Part shown: positions 55,102 through 64,000 of the stretch, piece after piece
Layout: each line of letters begins with the position of its first letter
Numbering within the stretch: position 1 is the first letter of the stretch
Origin: Tissierellales bacterium
GTDB lineage: Bacteria; Bacillota; Clostridia; Tissierellales; JASKZW01
Assembly: GCA_030152145.1 (NCBI GenBank)
Contig: JASLIL010000102.1
Span: forward strand, 2,592 to 66,591
Direction of reading: 5' to 3'
Length of the DNA: 64,000 nucleotides
Notes under the pieces: generated by a model
What the model was told of the DNA's origin: nothing
Seen by the model: only the letters and a program-made list of their open reading frames with translations
Databases searched by the model: none
Translations under genes and position numbers: made by a program

Positions 55102-56046
55102 TTGAATATAGAAAAAGATCTACTTAAAGGAGATAAAAGATCTTGTGCTAGATTGATTAGTATGCTAGAAAACCATGAAGAAGAGGCCCTAAATATTATG
55201 AAGAATCTTTATAGTAAAACTGGTAATGCCTATGTAATAGGTATTACTGGGCCTCCGGGAAGTGGTAAAAGTAGCTTAACTGATAAGATAACAAAGCTTT
55301 TGAGAAAGCAGGATAAAAAGGTAGGAATAATAGCCATAGATCCAACCAGCCCCTTTACAGGTGGGGCTATTCTAGGTGATAGGATCAGGATGAATGATCT
55401 AAGCTTGGACCCAGGGGTTTTTATGAGAAGTATGGGAACTCGTGGTACTCTAGGCGGTATGTCCAATGCGACCTGGGGGGCCATCAAGGCTATAGACCTA
55501 TGGGGAGCAGACTATATAATCATAGAAACTGTTGGAGTTGGTCAGTCAGAGATAGATATAGTTAAGATAGCTGACACTGTTCTAATGGTTATGGTTCCCA
55601 ACCTGGGAGATGATATCCAGGCTATAAAGGCAGGAACTATGGAGATAGCAGATGTTTTTGCCATAAATAAGGCTGACCTAGATGGAGCAGATAAGACAGA
55701 GCTGGAGATAGAGATGAATCTGGACCTAGATCAAAACAAGTCCTATAGACCTCCAGTTATAAAGGTGTCTGCCAAGGAAAATGACAATCTGGATCAGCTG
55801 GTGGAGGCTATCTTAGATCATAGGAACTACCTTGCTCAGGAGGATAGGTTTGAAATTCAGAAGAAGGAACATTTAAAGCTGGAGCTTATGAAGCTGGTGG
55901 AGGAAGATTTAAAGAACTTGATTTTCGATAAGACTGTTAGGACCAAGGTCCTTGATAGACTGGTTGAAGATATTTATAGTAAGAGCTCTGATCCTTATAG
56001 TTCCAAGGATCAGGTCTTAAGGTTGATTAAGGAGGAGGACTTTTAA
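55102..56046 (+). CDS. meaB: methylmalonyl-CoA mutase-associated G-protein chaperone MeaB/ArgK
   Basis: P-loop [47 protein letters not shown] start 6 nt after AGGTGGTG. Confidence 0.9.
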   Translation: MNIEKDLLKGDKRSCARLISMLENHEEEALNIMKNLYSKTGNAYVIGITGPPGSGKSSLTDKITKLLRKQDKKVGIIAIDPTSPFTGGAILGDRIRMNDLSLDPGVFMRSMGTRGTLGGMSNATWGAIKAIDLWGADYIIIETVGVGQSEIDIVKIADTVLMVMVPNLGDDIQAIKAGTMEIADVFAINKADLDGADKTELEIEMNLDLDQNKSYRPPVIKVSAKENDNLDQLVEAILDHRNYLAQEDRFEIQKKEHLKLELMKLVEEDLKNLIFDKTVRTKVLDRLVEDIYSKSSDPYSSKDQVLRLIKEEDF

Positions 56047-56447
56047 TGGTAACTAAAGTTGATCATATTGGTATTGCAGTTAAGAACCTAGAGGAGGCTC
56101 TTAAATTTTACGAGGATGTTCTGGGCATAGAATGTCTTTCTACAGAAGTTGTAGAGGAGCAGAAGGTTAAGGTGGCTTTTCTACCTATAGGGGATACAGA
56201 GGTTGAGCTTTTAGAGTCAACTGAAGAGGGAGGACCTATAGATAAGTTCATTGAGAAGCGTGGTGAGGGAATTCAACATATAGCTTATAAAGTTGATAAC
56301 ATAGAAGAGGCTCTAGAAGAAATGAAAGAAAAAGGTATAAGGCTAATAGACGAAAAGCCAAGATACGGAGCTGGTGGAGCGAAAATTGCCTTCCTACACC
56401 CTAAATCAACTCATGGAGTATTAATAGAACTTTGTCAAAGAGACTAA
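56046..56447 (+). CDS. mce: methylmalonyl-CoA epimerase (VOC/glyoxalase fold)
   Basis: 133 aa. [23 protein letters not shown] ... [16 protein letters not shown] ... [15 protein letters not shown]. Confidence 0.9.
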   Translation: MVTKVDHIGIAVKNLEEALKFYEDVLGIECLSTEVVEEQKVKVAFLPIGDTEVELLESTEEGGPIDKFIEKRGEGIQHIAYKVDNIEEALEEMKEKGIRLIDEKPRYGAGGAKIAFLHPKSTHGVLIELCQRD

Positions 56448-56462
56448 TAAGGAGGATTATTG

Positions 56463-58007
56463 ATGAAGGATAAAATACAGCATCTTATTGATAGTAAAAA
56501 AGAAATAGAGCTAGGCTCAGGCCAGGCTAGTATAGATAAACAACACTCTAGGGGAAAGTTAACAGCTAGAGAAAGAATAAATCTTTTATTAGATGAGGGA
56601 AGTTTTATAGAAATAGATGCTTTCGTTAAACACAGATGTGTAAACTTTGGAATGGAAGAAAAGAGAGCTAATGGAGACGGAGTAGTTACAGGCTATGGTA
56701 CAGTAGATGGAAGATTGGTTTTCGTTTACTCCCAGGACTTTACAGTTCTAGGTGGTTCTCTAGGAGAGATGCATGCTGAAAAGATAATAAAGGTACAGGA
56801 CATGGCCCTTAAGATGGGAGCACCTATAGTTGGTATTAACGATTCAGGCGGAGCTAGAATCCAGGAAGGCGTAGATGCCCTTTCAGGTTACGGAAAGATC
56901 TTCTATAGAAATACCAAGGCTTCTGGAGTTATACCACAGATTTCTGTAGTAGTAGGACCAAGTGCAGGAGGAGCAGTTTACTCACCAGCTATAACTGACT
57001 ATATTTTTATGGTTGAAAATGTAAGTAAGATGTTTATAACAGGTCCTCAGGTTATAAAAACAGTTACAGGAGAGGATATTTCCCAGGAGGAACTAGGTGG
57101 AGCTAAGACTCATAACAGCGTTTCTGGTGTAGCTGACTTTATAGACAGTTCAGAGGAAGAGGCTTTTGAAAGAGTGAGAGAGCTTATATCCATGCTACCA
57201 GCCAACAACCTAGAAAAGGCACCATCCTATGGATGTGAAGATAGCCTAAATAGAGTTGAAGATAGGCTAAATGAAATAGCTCCAGACAATCCTAATAAAC
57301 CATATGACATGAAGGAAATTATAGAACTTATAGCAGATGAGGGACACTTCTTTGAGGTGAAACCACTTTTTGCTACAAATATAATAACAGGTTACATAAG
57401 ATTAAATGGTGAGACAATAGGTGTTGTGGCTAACCAACCTAAGGTTCTAGCAGGATGCTTAGATATAAATGCTTCAGATAAGGCTGCTAGATTTATAAGA
57501 CTTTGTGATGCCTTCAATATACCCCTATTAAATCTTGTAGATGTTCCAGGCTTCCTACCAGGTTTAGACCAGGAGTATGGTGGAATAATTAGGCATGGTG
57601 CTAAGATGCTTTATGCCTACAGTGAGGCTACAGTACCAAAGGTAACTCTTATAGTTAGAAAGGCCTATGGTGGTTCCTACCTGGCTATGTGCAGTAAGGA
57701 ACTGGGAGCAGACCAGGTATTTGCTTGGCCAAATGCAGAGATAGCTGTAATGGGTCCAGAGGGAGCGGCTAATATTATATTTAAGAATGATATTAAAAAT
57801 GCTGAGGATCCAGTGGAAATGAGGGAGTACAAGATAGGTGAGTATAGAGATACTGTTGCTAATCCTTATATAGCTGCAGAGAGAGGATATGTAGATGATG
57901 TAATAGTACCTAGTATAACTAGACCTAAACTTGTATCAGCCTTTGATATGCTTCAAAGTAAGAGAGAGGCAAATCCAGATAAGAAACATGGAAATATACC
58001 TCTATAA
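56463..58007 (+). CDS. mmdA: methylmalonyl-CoA decarboxylase alpha subunit (carboxyltransferase, PccB/MmdA family)
   Basis: About 514 aa. Acyl-CoA carboxylase carboxyltransferase motifs GKLTARERINLLLDEGSF, DSGGARIQEG and PGFLPGLDQEYGGIIRHGAKMLYAY. ATG 56463 lies 7 nt after GGAGG. Confidence 0.9.
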   Translation: MKDKIQHLIDSKKEIELGSGQASIDKQHSRGKLTARERINLLLDEGSFIEIDAFVKHRCVNFGMEEKRANGDGVVTGYGTVDGRLVFVYSQDFTVLGGSLGEMHAEKIIKVQDMALKMGAPIVGINDSGGARIQEGVDALSGYGKIFYRNTKASGVIPQISVVVGPSAGGAVYSPAITDYIFMVENVSKMFITGPQVIKTVTGEDISQEELGGAKTHNSVSGVADFIDSSEEEAFERVRELISMLPANNLEKAPSYGCEDSLNRVEDRLNEIAPDNPNKPYDMKEIIELIADEGHFFEVKPLFATNIITGYIRLNGETIGVVANQPKVLAGCLDINASDKAARFIRLCDAFNIPLLNLVDVPGFLPGLDQEYGGIIRHGAKMLYAYSEATVPKVTLIVRKAYGGSYLAMCSKELGADQVFAWPNAEIAVMGPEGAANIIFKNDIKNAEDPVEMREYKIGEYRDTVANPYIAAERGYVDDVIVPSITRPKLVSAFDMLQSKREANPDKKHGNIPL

Positions 58008-58117
58008 TGAAGAAATATAGGAAGTTAACTAGGTATATAGGCTATATTACGCTTTTTCTATCCTATGTATCGGCTAAGGATAAAAGAAGAAAGAGGATAA
58101 GCGATTTGGAGGGATAA
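58007..58117 (+). CDS. unannotated 36-codon ORF (MKKYRKLTRYIGYITLFLSYVSAKDKRRKRISDLEG), possible small decarboxylase-associated subunit
   Basis: ATG overlaps the mmdA stop (TAATG at 58005-58009). The ORF fills the whole mmdA-mmdD gap and ends 2 nt before the next start. It has a basic-hydrophobic-basic layout. There is no homology evidence. Confidence 0.3.
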   Translation: MKKYRKLTRYIGYITLFLSYVSAKDKRRKRISDLEG

Positions 58118-58119
58118 GA

Positions 58120-58470
58120 TTGGCTACTGTAAGTATTGGAGAAGCTCTAGGTATAACTCTTTTCAGTATGATTACGGTTTTTGTGGTACTGCTTGCCATC
58201 TCATTTTTAATAGATCTGATGAGAAAGCTAGTTCACAGGGAAGATAAGAAGGTTATAGAACCTAAGAAGCTGGAAAAAGTAGAAACTGAAGAGCTTGTAG
58301 AAGAGACTATGGACGAAGAGGAACTAGTAGCTGTTATTGCAGCGGCAGTTGCAGCTAGTATGGGAGTTGGAATTCCAGATATAAATATAAGAAGTATAAG
58401 AAGAATCGGTGGTTCAGAAAGTAATTGGCAAACTACAGCTAGACAAGAGCAGGTATTAAAAAACATATAA
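58120..58470 (+). CDS. OadG-family small membrane subunit (methylmalonyl-CoA decarboxylase delta-like)
   Basis: N-terminal single TM helix GITLFSMITVFVVLLAISFLIDLMRKL, acidic linker, and AVIAAAVAASMG motif typical of OadG/MmdD. TTG start after GGAGGG. Confidence 0.75.
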   Translation: MATVSIGEALGITLFSMITVFVVLLAISFLIDLMRKLVHREDKKVIEPKKLEKVETEELVEETMDEEELVAVIAAAVAASMGVGIPDINIRSIRRIGGSESNWQTTARQEQVLKNI

Positions 58471-58485
58471 TGGAGGAAGAGTATA

Positions 58486-58869
58486 ATGAGAAAATTTGTT
58501 ATAACTGTTAATGGAAATGAGTACGAAGTTGACGTGGAAGAAGTTTCACAAGGAGAAACTAGTGCTGTAAGACCAGAGCCTAAGGCCAAACCAGCTATGA
58601 AAAAAGCACCTGTTAAAAAGGAAGCGCCTAAAAAAGAAGTTAAGGCAGCAGCTGGAGAAGAGGCTGTAACAGCACCTATGCCAGGAAAAATCCTTAAGCT
58701 AGCAGTAGCAGAAGGTGCAAGCGTAAATGAAGGAGATGTACTTGTAATACTAGAGGCTATGAAGATGGAAAACGAAATCCTTGCACCAAGAGGAGGAAAC
58801 GTAAAAGCAATTGGCGTAGCAGAAGGAGCAAATGTAGATACAGGAGAGCTACTTGTAGTTATAGAATAA
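58486..58869 (+). CDS. mmdC: biotin carboxyl carrier subunit (methylmalonyl-CoA decarboxylase gamma-like)
   Basis: Ala/Pro/Lys-rich linker, then a biotinyl domain with the EAMKMENEI attachment motif. Confidence 0.85.
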   Translation: MRKFVITVNGNEYEVDVEEVSQGETSAVRPEPKAKPAMKKAPVKKEAPKKEVKAAAGEEAVTAPMPGKILKLAVAEGASVNEGDVLVILEAMKMENEILAPRGGNVKAIGVAEGANVDTGELLVVIE

Positions 58870-58893
58870 TTGATGAAAGGATGGTAGGAGTAA

Positions 58894-60069
58894 ATGCTTA
58901 CTCATTTAACAAATTTCTGGCAAAGTACAGGCTTTTACAATATCGAGCTAGGTCAAGTACTGATGATTTTAATATCTTTTGTCTTACTTTATTTAGCCAT
59001 AGAAAAAGAATTTGAGCCACTCTTGCTAGTTCCTATTGCCTTTGGTATGTTACTGGCTAACCTACCACTAGCAGGACTAATGCAAGAGCCCGTAAGAGGA
59101 TTGGTACTAGATCCAACTACTGGCACAGTGGATGTAGAGGTAACTCAAGTAGGAGGACTACTTTACTACTTATATCAAGGAGTTAAGTTGGGAATCTACC
59201 CACCACTTATCTTTTTGGGGGTAGGAGCTATGACGGACTTTGGTCCCTTAATAGCCAACCCACGCAGCATACTTTTAGGAGCAGCAGCACAGTTCGGTAT
59301 TTTCTTTACTTTTATAGGTTCCATAGCTCTAGGCTTTACAGGCCCAGAAGCAGCAAGTATAGGTATAATTGGAGGAGCAGATGGTCCTACAGCCCTATAC
59401 CTAACTAGTAAACTAGCACCACATCTACTAGGACCTATAGCAGTAGCAGCCTATTCATATATGGCCCTGGTACCTATAATCCAGCCACCAATAATGAAGG
59501 CCTTGACAACAGAGGAAGAAAGACAGATAGTAATGGAACAGCTAAGACCAGTAAGCAAGAAGGAGAAGATCATCTTCCCAATAATGATAACAGTACTGGT
59601 AACTCTTTTACTACCATCAGCAGGACCTTTACTAGGTATGCTAATGCTAGGTAACCTAATGAGGGAATCTGGAGTAGTAGAAAGACTAACACAAACAGTT
59701 CAAAATGAGCTTATGAACATAATAACAGTATTCCTAGGAATAACTGTAGGAGCAACAGCTAATGCACAAACCTTCCTATCAGCAGCAACTATAAAGATTA
59801 TAGTTCTAGGCCTAATAGCCTTTTCAATAGGTACAGCAGCAGGAGTTCTATTTGGAAAGCTACTATGTAAGGCAACGGGTGGAAAGGTAAACCCACTAAT
59901 AGGATCAGCTGGAGTATCAGCAGTTCCAATGGCAGCTAGGGTTTCACAAAAGGTTGGTCAAGAAGCCAACCCAAGAAACTTCCTACTTATGCATGCTATG
60001 GGACCAAACGTAGCGGGAGTTATAGGATCAGCAGTAGCTGCAGGTCTGTTATTAATGTTCTTTGGATAG
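58894..60069 (+). CDS. mmdB: Na+-translocating decarboxylase beta subunit (OadB/MmdB/GcdB family)
   Basis: 391 aa polytopic protein. Motifs [36 protein letters not shown] and [14 protein letters not shown]. Confidence 0.9.
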   Translation: MLTHLTNFWQSTGFYNIELGQVLMILISFVLLYLAIEKEFEPLLLVPIAFGMLLANLPLAGLMQEPVRGLVLDPTTGTVDVEVTQVGGLLYYLYQGVKLGIYPPLIFLGVGAMTDFGPLIANPRSILLGAAAQFGIFFTFIGSIALGFTGPEAASIGIIGGADGPTALYLTSKLAPHLLGPIAVAAYSYMALVPIIQPPIMKALTTEEERQIVMEQLRPVSKKEKIIFPIMITVLVTLLLPSAGPLLGMLMLGNLMRESGVVERLTQTVQNELMNIITVFLGITVGATANAQTFLSAATIKIIVLGLIAFSIGTAAGVLFGKLLCKATGGKVNPLIGSAGVSAVPMAARVSQKVGQEANPRNFLLMHAMGPNVAGVIGSAVAAGLLLMFFG

Positions 60070-60074
60070 AAAAA

Positions 60075-60108
60075 AACTTCTCTGCCTCGGCAGGGAAGTT
60101 ATTTTTTT
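60075..60108 (+). terminator. rho-independent terminator of the mutase/decarboxylase operon
   Basis: 10-bp stem AACTTCTCTG / CAGGGAAGTT (one G-U pair), loop CCTCGG, T7. Confidence 0.9.
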
Positions 60109-60115
60109 AGAATAC

Positions 60116-60144
60116 TTGATATTTAATGGCAATATAATTATAAT
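60116..60144 (+). promoter_or_regulatory. sigma-A promoter TTGATA-N17-TATAAT for the ECF-S / coaX / dusB genes
   Basis: Hexamers at 60116-60121 and 60139-60144 with an exact 17-nt spacer. Confidence 0.65.
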
Positions 60145-60243
60145 ATAGAATTGGAAAGTCGATATCCTAGAGAATCGAACTTCAAATAAAAAAGTTTAGT
60201 AAAAATACGACTGGTATCTTTATGAACTGGATCGGAGGAAATC

Positions 60244-60984
60244 ATGAATCATACAAAGACAATGGAGAAAACTAGAAAGTTAACCATGGTAGGAATCCTA
60301 TCAGCCATATCAATATTTCTAGGTCTAACCCCCCTGGGCTTTATTCCCCTGGGAGGACTTAATATCACAATTATGCATATACCTGTAATAGTGGGAAGTC
60401 TTATGGAGGGCCCCCTAGTGGGAATGTCCATAGGCCTAATATTTGGTATTTTTAGTATGGTAAATGCTGTTTTAAGACCTAGCCCCCTATCTTTTGTTTT
60501 CTTAAACCCGCTCATATCAGTTTTACCTAGGGTTCTAATAGGTATAACATCTTATTATTCCTATAAATTTATTAGGGACAAGAAGGATAAAAACAATATT
60601 CTCTTATATGGAATATTTTTATTAATGATGGTTTTCTTGGGTAGAACTCTAGTTAGGAGTATAGAGGACAAAGAGGGCTTTAGTATATTTATAAACTTGG
60701 TCCTTCTAGTAGTCAGCCTAGTAGGCTTTATCTACATTAAAAGAAGGAAGGCCAAGGACCTGGACCTAGTAGTAGGTGCAATGGTAGGAAGTTTAACCAA
60801 TACAGTCTTGGTACTTTCTGGTATTTACTTTATATATGGAGAGAAATATGTAGACAAGTTAGACAAGGTAGTATCTCTTAAAAAGTTCCTATTATCAGTA
60901 GCACTGTCCAATGGAATCTTGGAAATGATTGTAGGAATTATATTGGTTACGAATATAATACTCGGTGTAAGAAAAAACAAGTAG
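60244..60984 (+). CDS. ECF transporter S component (substrate-capture subunit, pantothenate-type suggested by context)
   Basis: LTMVGILSAISIFLGLTPLGFIPLGGLNITIMHIPVIVGSLMEGPLVG is typical of ECF S components. Sits immediately upstream of coaX. Confidence 0.7.
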   Translation: MNHTKTMEKTRKLTMVGILSAISIFLGLTPLGFIPLGGLNITIMHIPVIVGSLMEGPLVGMSIGLIFGIFSMVNAVLRPSPLSFVFLNPLISVLPRVLIGITSYYSYKFIRDKKDKNNILLYGIFLLMMVFLGRTLVRSIEDKEGFSIFINLVLLVVSLVGFIYIKRRKAKDLDLVVGAMVGSLTNTVLVLSGIYFIYGEKYVDKLDKVVSLKKFLLSVALSNGILEMIVGIILVTNIILGVRKNK

Positions 60985-60993
60985 GTGATAAAT

Positions 60994-61767
60994 ATGTTAC
61001 TGGTAATAGATGTAGGAAATACCCATGTGGTATTTGGTGTATATGAAGGAGAGAATTTAAGACATAGTTTTAGGATAGCTACAGAAAAGCAGAGAACAAC
61101 AGATGAGTATGGTCTGATCTTCCATCAGATGTTTAGCTATCACAATATAAGTCAAGATCAGATAGAAGATATAATCATATCTTCTGTAGTGCCAACCCTG
61201 ATGCACACTCTAGCAGCAATGAGTGAAAAGTATTTTGGCAGGGAACCTATAGTTGTAGGACCAGGAGTAAAAACTGGAATGAATATTAGATATGATAATC
61301 CCAAGGAAGTAGGGGCAGACAGAATAGTAAATGCTGTAGCAGCCTATGAAAAATACAAGGGACCTCTTATCATAGTAGACTTTGGAACAGCCATAACCTT
61401 CTGTGCTGTATCAAAAGAAGGAGACTACCTGGGAGGAGCCATAACTCCAGGCATAACAATCTCAAGTGACGCACTCTTTTTAAGGGCAGCAAAGCTTCCC
61501 AAGGTAGAGATAAAAAAACCAGACAATATAATAGGTAAAAATACAATAGAGAGTATGCAGTCAGGTTTGGTCTATGGTTATATAGGACTGGTAGACTATA
61601 TAGTTAAGAATATGATAGAAGAGCTAGGCTATAAAAGAGAAGAGGTAACTGTAGTAGGTACAGGTGGTTTCTCAAGCCTTATAGGTTCAGAGTCTTACTA
61701 TATAGATAAGATAGATAGAATGTTAACCCTAGAAGGACTTAGGATTATATATGATAGAAATAAGTAG
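60994..61767 (+). CDS. coaX: type III pantothenate kinase
   Basis: [17 protein letters not shown]-terminus, [11 protein letters not shown], and [10 protein letters not shown]. Confidence 0.9.
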   Translation: MLLVIDVGNTHVVFGVYEGENLRHSFRIATEKQRTTDEYGLIFHQMFSYHNISQDQIEDIIISSVVPTLMHTLAAMSEKYFGREPIVVGPGVKTGMNIRYDNPKEVGADRIVNAVAAYEKYKGPLIIVDFGTAITFCAVSKEGDYLGGAITPGITISSDALFLRAAKLPKVEIKKPDNIIGKNTIESMQSGLVYGYIGLVDYIVKNMIEELGYKREEVTVVGTGGFSSLIGSESYYIDKIDRMLTLEGLRIIYDRNK

Positions 61768-61803
61768 CACTTGCTACTTATTTCTATTATTAGAGGTGTT
61801 GTT

Positions 61804-62766
61804 ATGGAAAGATTAAAGTTAGAAAACAAGGTGTTTTTAGCACCTATGGCAGGAGTAACAGACACTGCCTATAGGATATTGGCCAGTGAAATGGGGACAG
61901 GTCTGATTTTCACAGAGATGGTAAGCAGCAAGGGCCTATACTATAAGGACCCTAAAAGCAAGAAACTTATAGATATAGATGAAAGGGAAAAAAACATAGC
62001 ACTGCAGATTTTTGGATCCGACCCTAAGATTATGGCCTCAGTAGTAGAAGACTATATAAATCCCAGAGATGACATAGCCGTCCTAGATGTAAACATGGGC
62101 TGTCCTGCTCCCAAGATAGTTAAAAATGGAGATGGATCTGCCTTGATGAGAAATCCTAGACTTGTAAGGGAGATAATAAGAGCCCTAGTAGGAGTATCAA
62201 AGAAGCCCGTAAGCATAAAGATAAGGAAGGGCTGGGATCAAGACAGTATAAATGCCATAGAAATAGCCAGAATAGCAGAAGAAGAGGGAGCTACCTTTAT
62301 AACCATTCATGGCAGAACCAGGGAAATGTTTTATTCAGGTGAGGCAGACTGGGACTATATAAGAAAAGTTAAGGAAAGCGTAAGCATACCTGTAATAGGA
62401 AATGGAGATATCTTTAAGCCAGAAGACGCACTAGAAATGGTTAGGCTAACAAACTGTGACGGAGTATCTATTGGTAGGGGGGCTCAAGGCAATCCCTGGA
62501 TCCTAAAAAATACCATAGAACTTCTTAATACTGGAAGCTACAAGGAGCCAACAGTGGAGGATAGGATTCAGATGTCCCTAAGGCACCTGGATCTGGTCTG
62601 CAGTATAAAGGGTGAAAGAATAGGAGTGCCAGAAATGAGAAAACACATAGGCTGGTACCTTAAGGGCCTTAAAAATGCTAGCTTGGTAAGGGATAGGGTA
62701 AATAGAACAGCAAGCAAGGAAGAACTTTGTAATATTCTAATAGAATATTCTAATAAACTAGATTAG
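61804..62766 (+). CDS. dusB: tRNA-dihydrouridine synthase
   Basis: [25 protein letters not shown], and [21 protein letters not shown] 61804 is preferred over the 61771 TTG extension. Confidence 0.9.
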   Translation: MERLKLENKVFLAPMAGVTDTAYRILASEMGTGLIFTEMVSSKGLYYKDPKSKKLIDIDEREKNIALQIFGSDPKIMASVVEDYINPRDDIAVLDVNMGCPAPKIVKNGDGSALMRNPRLVREIIRALVGVSKKPVSIKIRKGWDQDSINAIEIARIAEEEGATFITIHGRTREMFYSGEADWDYIRKVKESVSIPVIGNGDIFKPEDALEMVRLTNCDGVSIGRGAQGNPWILKNTIELLNTGSYKEPTVEDRIQMSLRHLDLVCSIKGERIGVPEMRKHIGWYLKGLKNASLVRDRVNRTASKEELCNILIEYSNKLD

Positions 62767-62774
62767 CTTATAAC

Positions 62775-62803
62775 TTGACATTGGCCTAGGGCTTATTTAT
62801 AAT
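62775..62803 (+). promoter_or_regulatory. consensus sigma-A promoter TTGACA-N17-TATAAT upstream of greA
   Basis: Both hexamers match the consensus exactly, with exact spacing. Confidence 0.8.
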
Positions 62804-62866
62804 AACTTGCATATATGAAAACCGTTTAAAAGCTATGATTATATTTTAAAGAAGGAGAGAAGCGTA

Positions 62867-63343
62867 ATGGCTGAAAAGGATATTTTTTTAACACTAGAGG
62901 GATTAAAGAAGATTGAGAATGAATTAGAACAGTTAAAAACAGTTACTAGACATGAGGTGGCTGAAAGAATTAAAACAGCCTTGGGACATGGGGATATAAG
63001 TGAAAATGCAGAATACGATGAGGCTAAAAACGAACAAGCCAAGTTAGAGGAAAGAATTCTTAAGCTTGAGGAAACCTTGAGAAATGCTAAGATCATAGAT
63101 GAAGATGAAATAACTACTGATAAGGTTAGTGTAGGATCAAGAGTTTTAGTAAAAGATATGGAATATGATGAGGATATGGAATATACTATAGTTGGTTCTG
63201 CAGAAGCAGATCCATTTAACGGAAAGATTTCTAATGAATCACCAGTAGGCGAAACATTGTTAGGACATAAGAAAGGTGATATAGTGGATGTACAAGTGCC
63301 AGATGGAGTAATTCAATATAAAATCTTGAATATAGAGAAATAA
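62867..63343 (+). CDS. greA: transcription elongation factor GreA
   Basis: 158 aa. LT.EG..K...EL..LK...R.EVAERIK.A...GD.SENAEYD.AK.EQ signature. Confidence 0.95.
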   Translation: MAEKDIFLTLEGLKKIENELEQLKTVTRHEVAERIKTALGHGDISENAEYDEAKNEQAKLEERILKLEETLRNAKIIDEDEITTDKVSVGSRVLVKDMEYDEDMEYTIVGSAEADPFNGKISNESPVGETLLGHKKGDIVDVQVPDGVIQYKILNIEK

Positions 63344-63355
63344 GGAGGCATATAG

Positions 63356-64000
63356 ATGTCAGAAGAGAATTTAAATGAAATGCTTTTGATGAGAAGGGAA
63401 ACTCTTAATAAATTGATAGATTCAGGAAATAATCCTTATGAAGAAGAATCCTATGATGTATCTCACAGAAGCATGGAAATTGAAGAAGGATTTGAAGAAT
63501 TAGAAGAAGAAACAGTAGCAGTAGCAGGAAGAATAATGAGTAGACGTGGCCATGGTAAGGTTAGCTTTATGGACCTACAAGACTCACAGGGAAGAATCCA
63601 ACTATTCGTTAAAAAAGACTCTATTGGTGACCAAGCCTATGAGAACCTATCAAACCTAGACTTAGGAGATATAGTAGGAGCTAAGGGAGAGGTATTTAAG
63701 ACAAAGACAGGTGAAATATCTGTAAGAGTAAAGGAACTAGTGCTACTATCAAAATCACTACAAATACTACCGGAAAAATTCCATGGTCTAAAGGACCAGG
63801 ATTTAAGATATAGACAAAGATATGTGGATCTTATAATGAATCCAGAAGTTAAGGAAACCTTTATACTTAGAACTAAAATAATAAAGGCCATAAGAGAGTT
63901 TTTAGATACTAGAGGATTCTTAGAAGTAGATACACCAATCTTAAACACCATAGCAGGAGGAGCTACAGCTAGACCTTTTGTAACCCACCATAATACATTA
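63356..64000 (+). CDS. lysS: lysine--tRNA ligase, N-terminal 215 codons (3' end beyond window)
   Basis: ATG 63356 follows AAGGAGG. Open to the window edge. OB-fold anticodon-binding domain ([32 protein letters not shown]) and class II motif 1 region ([19 protein letters not shown]...FLEVDTPIL). Not in the ORF track because it has no stop. Confidence 0.95.
   Translation, partial: MSEENLNEMLLMRRETLNKLIDSGNNPYEEESYDVSHRSMEIEEGFEELEEETVAVAGRIMSRRGHGKVSFMDLQDSQGRIQLFVKKDSIGDQAYENLSNLDLGDIVGAKGEVFKTKTGEISVRVKELVLLSKSLQILPEKFHGLKDQDLRYRQRYVDLIMNPEVKETFILRTKIIKAIREFLDTRGFLEVDTPILNTIAGGATARPFVTHHNTL

Noticed and set aside
2943-63951. About 45 ORFs of 60-120 aa on the strand opposite to well-supported genes. 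Examples: 2943..3140, 4859..5203, 5871..6110, 8077..8316, 14840..15205, 20284..20580, 23411..23653, 31194..31544, 38766..39047, 43430..43765, 53794..54081, 55230..55487, 58233..58589, 60249..60515, 62839..63096, 63637..63951.
   Set aside because: Each lies wholly inside a longer ORF with clear family motifs. Their translations are low-complexity (Ser/Leu/Ile/Pro-rich) shadows with no RBS or recognisable domain. This is typical of antisense open frames in AT-rich DNA.
1-64000. Searched for CRISPR arrays, tRNA/rRNA genes, IS elements, integrases, prophage or toxin-antitoxin pairs, and in-frame TGA (selenocysteine) candidates.
   Set aside because: I saw no spaced identical repeats and no cloverleaf-like GC-rich segments in intergenic DNA. 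No transposase or recombinase motifs appear in any frame of the ORF track. No gene pair looks split by a single TGA. The only split gene (25950-27211) is a frameshift ending in TAG.

Overview
AT-rich chromosomal segment from a Bacillota anaerobe. The taxon guess (asporogenous Clostridia/Tissierellia-like) is inferred from gene content and synteny only. All calls come from reading the ORF track and the DNA by eye, so family names rest on recognised motifs, not on searches. I support about 66 protein-coding genes. No rRNA, tRNA, CRISPR array, transposase or integrase was seen.

Bases 1-30 kb are a mixed-orientation accessory-like region:
- a Fur-box-controlled ABC half-transporter pair plus a Cys-rich YgbA/DUF454 fusion protein
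- a yfcC-pepT-pepD peptide-utilisation operon
- an ABC-2 exporter divergent from a HisKA_3/NarL two-component system
- a CcdA-thioredoxin fusion with an HxlR regulator and a small membrane protein
- a sigma-54 activator with a textbook -24/-12 promoter driving an L-cysteine desulfidase
- mscL, a csp gene, a Nudix hydrolase, and a frameshifted secreted CAP-domain gene bracketed by 44-bp direct repeats
- a MarR regulator, tyrS with a Tyr T-box leader, and superoxide reductase

Bases 30-64 kb are almost entirely plus-strand housekeeping genes: spoVG-glmU-prs-pth-mfd ... mazG-hup-yabO-divIC-yabR-tilS-hpt-ftsH, then coaX-dusB-greA-lysS. This block is interrupted by an 8-9 gene operon for succinyl-CoA to propionyl-CoA conversion (split B12 methylmalonyl-CoA mutase, MeaB, epimerase, Na+-pumping methylmalonyl-CoA decarboxylase).

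Best candidates for something undescribed:
1. the Fur-box ABC/YgbA-DUF454 module (1.19-5.3 kb)
2. the CcdA-Trx/HxlR/small-membrane-protein redox operon with a 27-bp operator palindrome (14.8-16.7 kb)
3. the repeat-bracketed CAP-gene insertion (25.9-27.2 kb)
4. an unannotated 36-codon ORF translationally coupled inside the decarboxylase operon (58.0-58.1 kb)

None of these amounts to a clear-cut novel multi-gene system, and I say so rather than over-claim.
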